Positions 62,049 to 64,000 of a stretch of 64,000 nucleotides of DNA are shown one piece after another (positions within the stretch are counted from its first letter, which is position 1; every line of letters starts with the position of its first letter). The translations under genes and the position numbers were made by a program. The notes beneath the pieces were generated by a model. It worked only from the letters and a program-made list of their open reading frames with translations, made no database searches and was not told the origin of the DNA. The stretch comes from Octopus sinensis (lineage: Eukaryota). The stretch lies in contig NC_043005.1 in NCBI RefSeq assembly GCF_006345805.1, forward strand, positions 108,500,001 through 108,564,000. Reading direction: 5' to 3'.

Positions 62049-62473
62049 ACTCTTTTACTCTTTTACTCTTTTACTCTTTTACTTGTTTCAGTCATTTGAC
62101 TGCAGCCATGCTGGAGCACTGCCTTTAGTCGAGCAACTCGACCCCGGGACTAATTCTTTGTAAGCCCAGTACTTATTCTATCGGTCTCTTTTGCCGAACC
62201 GCTAAGTGACGGGGACATAAACACACCAGCATCGGTTGTCAAGCAATGCTAGGGGGACAAACACAGACACGCAAACACAGACGCACACACATAGGTATAT
62301 ACATATATACGATAGGCTTCTTTCAGTTTGCGTCTACCAAATCCACTCACAAGGCTTTGGTCGGCCCGGGGCTATAGCAGAAGACACTTGTCCAAGATGC
62401 CCCGCAGTGGGACTGAACCCGGAACCATGTGGTTGGTAAGCAAGCTACTTACCACACAACCACTCCTGCACCT
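62049..62473 (-). mobile_element. SINE family A, full length
   Basis: (ACTCTTTT)4 tail; colinear with the other copies. Confidence 0.93.
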
Positions 62474-62888
62474 ATGCATAATTTAGCCTAAACTCTGGAT
62501 TCACAAGAAACACGGTTGCAAGCTGCTCGAGGAAGGAGGCACAGATATAGAGAGCATGGGTCAGAGAGGAAGTGTGAGAAGATAAAAAGAGGAGAAAGAC
62601 AAATCTGGGGGGGACTTGATGAAAGGAATGTCGATGAATATAAAGAATATTTAAAGAAAGCTAAATTATGAATGCTATAAAAATGCAAATCATTCCTTCT
62701 TTCTTAAATAGGGCCTCTTAATTTCTTTCCATTCTGTAGAATTTTCATGGGTCTTACTACTATATATATACAAACATGACATATAATATGTTAATATATA
62801 CCTGATAATCTGGGTTCCCTGTTAACAAAGTTGATCTCTTAACATACATCAATAGTTGATCTGTTTGAATCAGAAGTCTTTTTTCAGA

Positions 62889-63291
62889 TACTCTTTTACT
62901 CTTTTACTTGTTTCAGTCATTTGACTGTAGCCATGCTGGAGCACCACCTTTAGTCGGGCAAATAGACCCCAGGACTTATTCTTTGTAAGCCTAGTACTTA
63001 TTCTATCGGGCTCTTTTGCCAAACCGCTAAGTGACGGGGATGTCAACACACCAGCATCGGTTGTCAAGCGATGTTGGGGGAACAAACATATACACACACA
63101 CATACATATATATATATACATATATACGACTGGCTTCTTTCAGTTTCTGTCTACCAAATCCACTCACAAGGCTTTGGTTGGCCCCGAGGCTATAGTAGAA
63201 GACACTTGCCCAAGGTGCCACGCAGTGGGATTGAACCCAGAACCATGTGGTTGGTAAGCAAGCTTCTTACCACACAGCCACTCCCATACCT
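62889..63291 (-). mobile_element. SINE family A, full length
   Basis: Colinear with the other copies. Confidence 0.93.
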
Positions 63292-63319
63292 AATTCAAAC
63301 AACTTACATATGAAAAGCA

Positions 63320-63745
63320 TTATTCATCATAATATATGCCATCATATTCTATTGGGTATTGCCATTGTCGTGTCAGAAGCTCAACTCCACATTTATACTA
63401 TTTGTGTGGTTTAGAGGCAAAAAATCTCTGCACCCAATTTGAACATCAAGCACATTATTGAGCTTCTGTAAGTGCAAGAAATGAGCCATGGTTCAGTAAA
63501 GATGGTAACCTGATGGTGTAAGGTCTGGACGTAAGGCACAGTGATGCAGCATTTCCAGCCCCTCAAGTTTCTCACGTTTATATATATTCATATATATGTG
63601 TATCGGAGCAATGTCGTGCCAAATGCGTGCCCATTTTTGATTGACCAATGCTGGATAGCAGGCTTTCAAAACAACACACACTTGCTGTAGTTGTTGAGTA
63701 TAAGGGTTAACGTTCATAGCATGAGCATCTGGGGGCAATCTCAGC
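63320..63745 (-). pseudogene. mariner (DD34D) transposase C-terminal remnant
   Basis: YTQQL...YPALVNQK..IWHDIAP...PDLTPSGYHL...FFASKP...QW..IEYDG.YYDE* parallels the mariner motifs HDNA / YSPDLAPSDYHLF / FFASK. Confidence 0.87.
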
Positions 63746-63829
63746 ATATCTAGTACTACAACAATAGCTATAATACTATAACTTATAACTCCTATTAAGG
63801 ATCTCATGATATTTATGATTTATAGAGAA

Positions 63830-64000
63830 CTAGCAGTATAGCCTGGCGTTGCACGGGTTTGTAAGGGAAATAACTATATAAGCATTTTTAGAGAGTTACT
63901 TCCCTTATATAAACCGAGCAAAAAATGCATTAAAAATGCGAAAAAATGATGGTAAATTTTTTTATAATCGTAGACTCATCGTAGATGTGCGCTAATACCC
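63830..64000 (-). mobile_element. 3' end of a non-autonomous Helitron (continues past the window)
   Basis: Minus strand CCCGTGCAACGCCAGG hairpin then TATACTGCTAG|T. Confidence 0.6.

Noticed and set aside
1-64000. Minus-strand bias of SINE family A (7 of 9 copies) as evidence of host-gene orientation
   Set aside because: The sample is too small to differ from chance.
1-64000. CRISPR arrays, rRNA or prokaryotic operons
   Set aside because: There are no constant repeats with unique equal-length spacers, no rRNA motifs and no dense coding; the sequence is eukaryotic repeat-rich DNA.

Overview
AT-rich eukaryotic DNA, almost certainly a coleoid cephalopod. The octopus assignment is my inference from very dense microsatellites and SINE families I recall from Octopus. 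No intact protein-coding gene, rRNA, bona fide tRNA gene or CRISPR array can be supported, and most ORF-track entries are translations of microsatellites. The window is a layered collection of mobile elements: at least four SINE families, degenerate L1/Tx1, RTE and Penelope-like (PLE) retroelements, non-autonomous Helitrons (one nested inside another), a complete non-autonomous tRNA-Trp-primed LTR element, MITEs, a mariner remnant and several TA-flanked palindromes. The most interesting signal is a set of modules shared around one L1/Tx1-type ORF1 family. (i) An ORF1-only, HAL1-like element (13034-14693) sits inside a SINE tRNA head with a 16-bp TSD. (ii) Its 3' tail is shared with a CORE-type SINE variant. 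(iii) A homologous 5'-UTR/ORF1 fragment is carried by three Helitron copies. A near-canonical type I hammerhead ribozyme with a 65-nt stem II insert lies at 30981-31084 (minus strand). All coordinates and identities were read by eye; element ends without TSD/TIR anchors are approximate.
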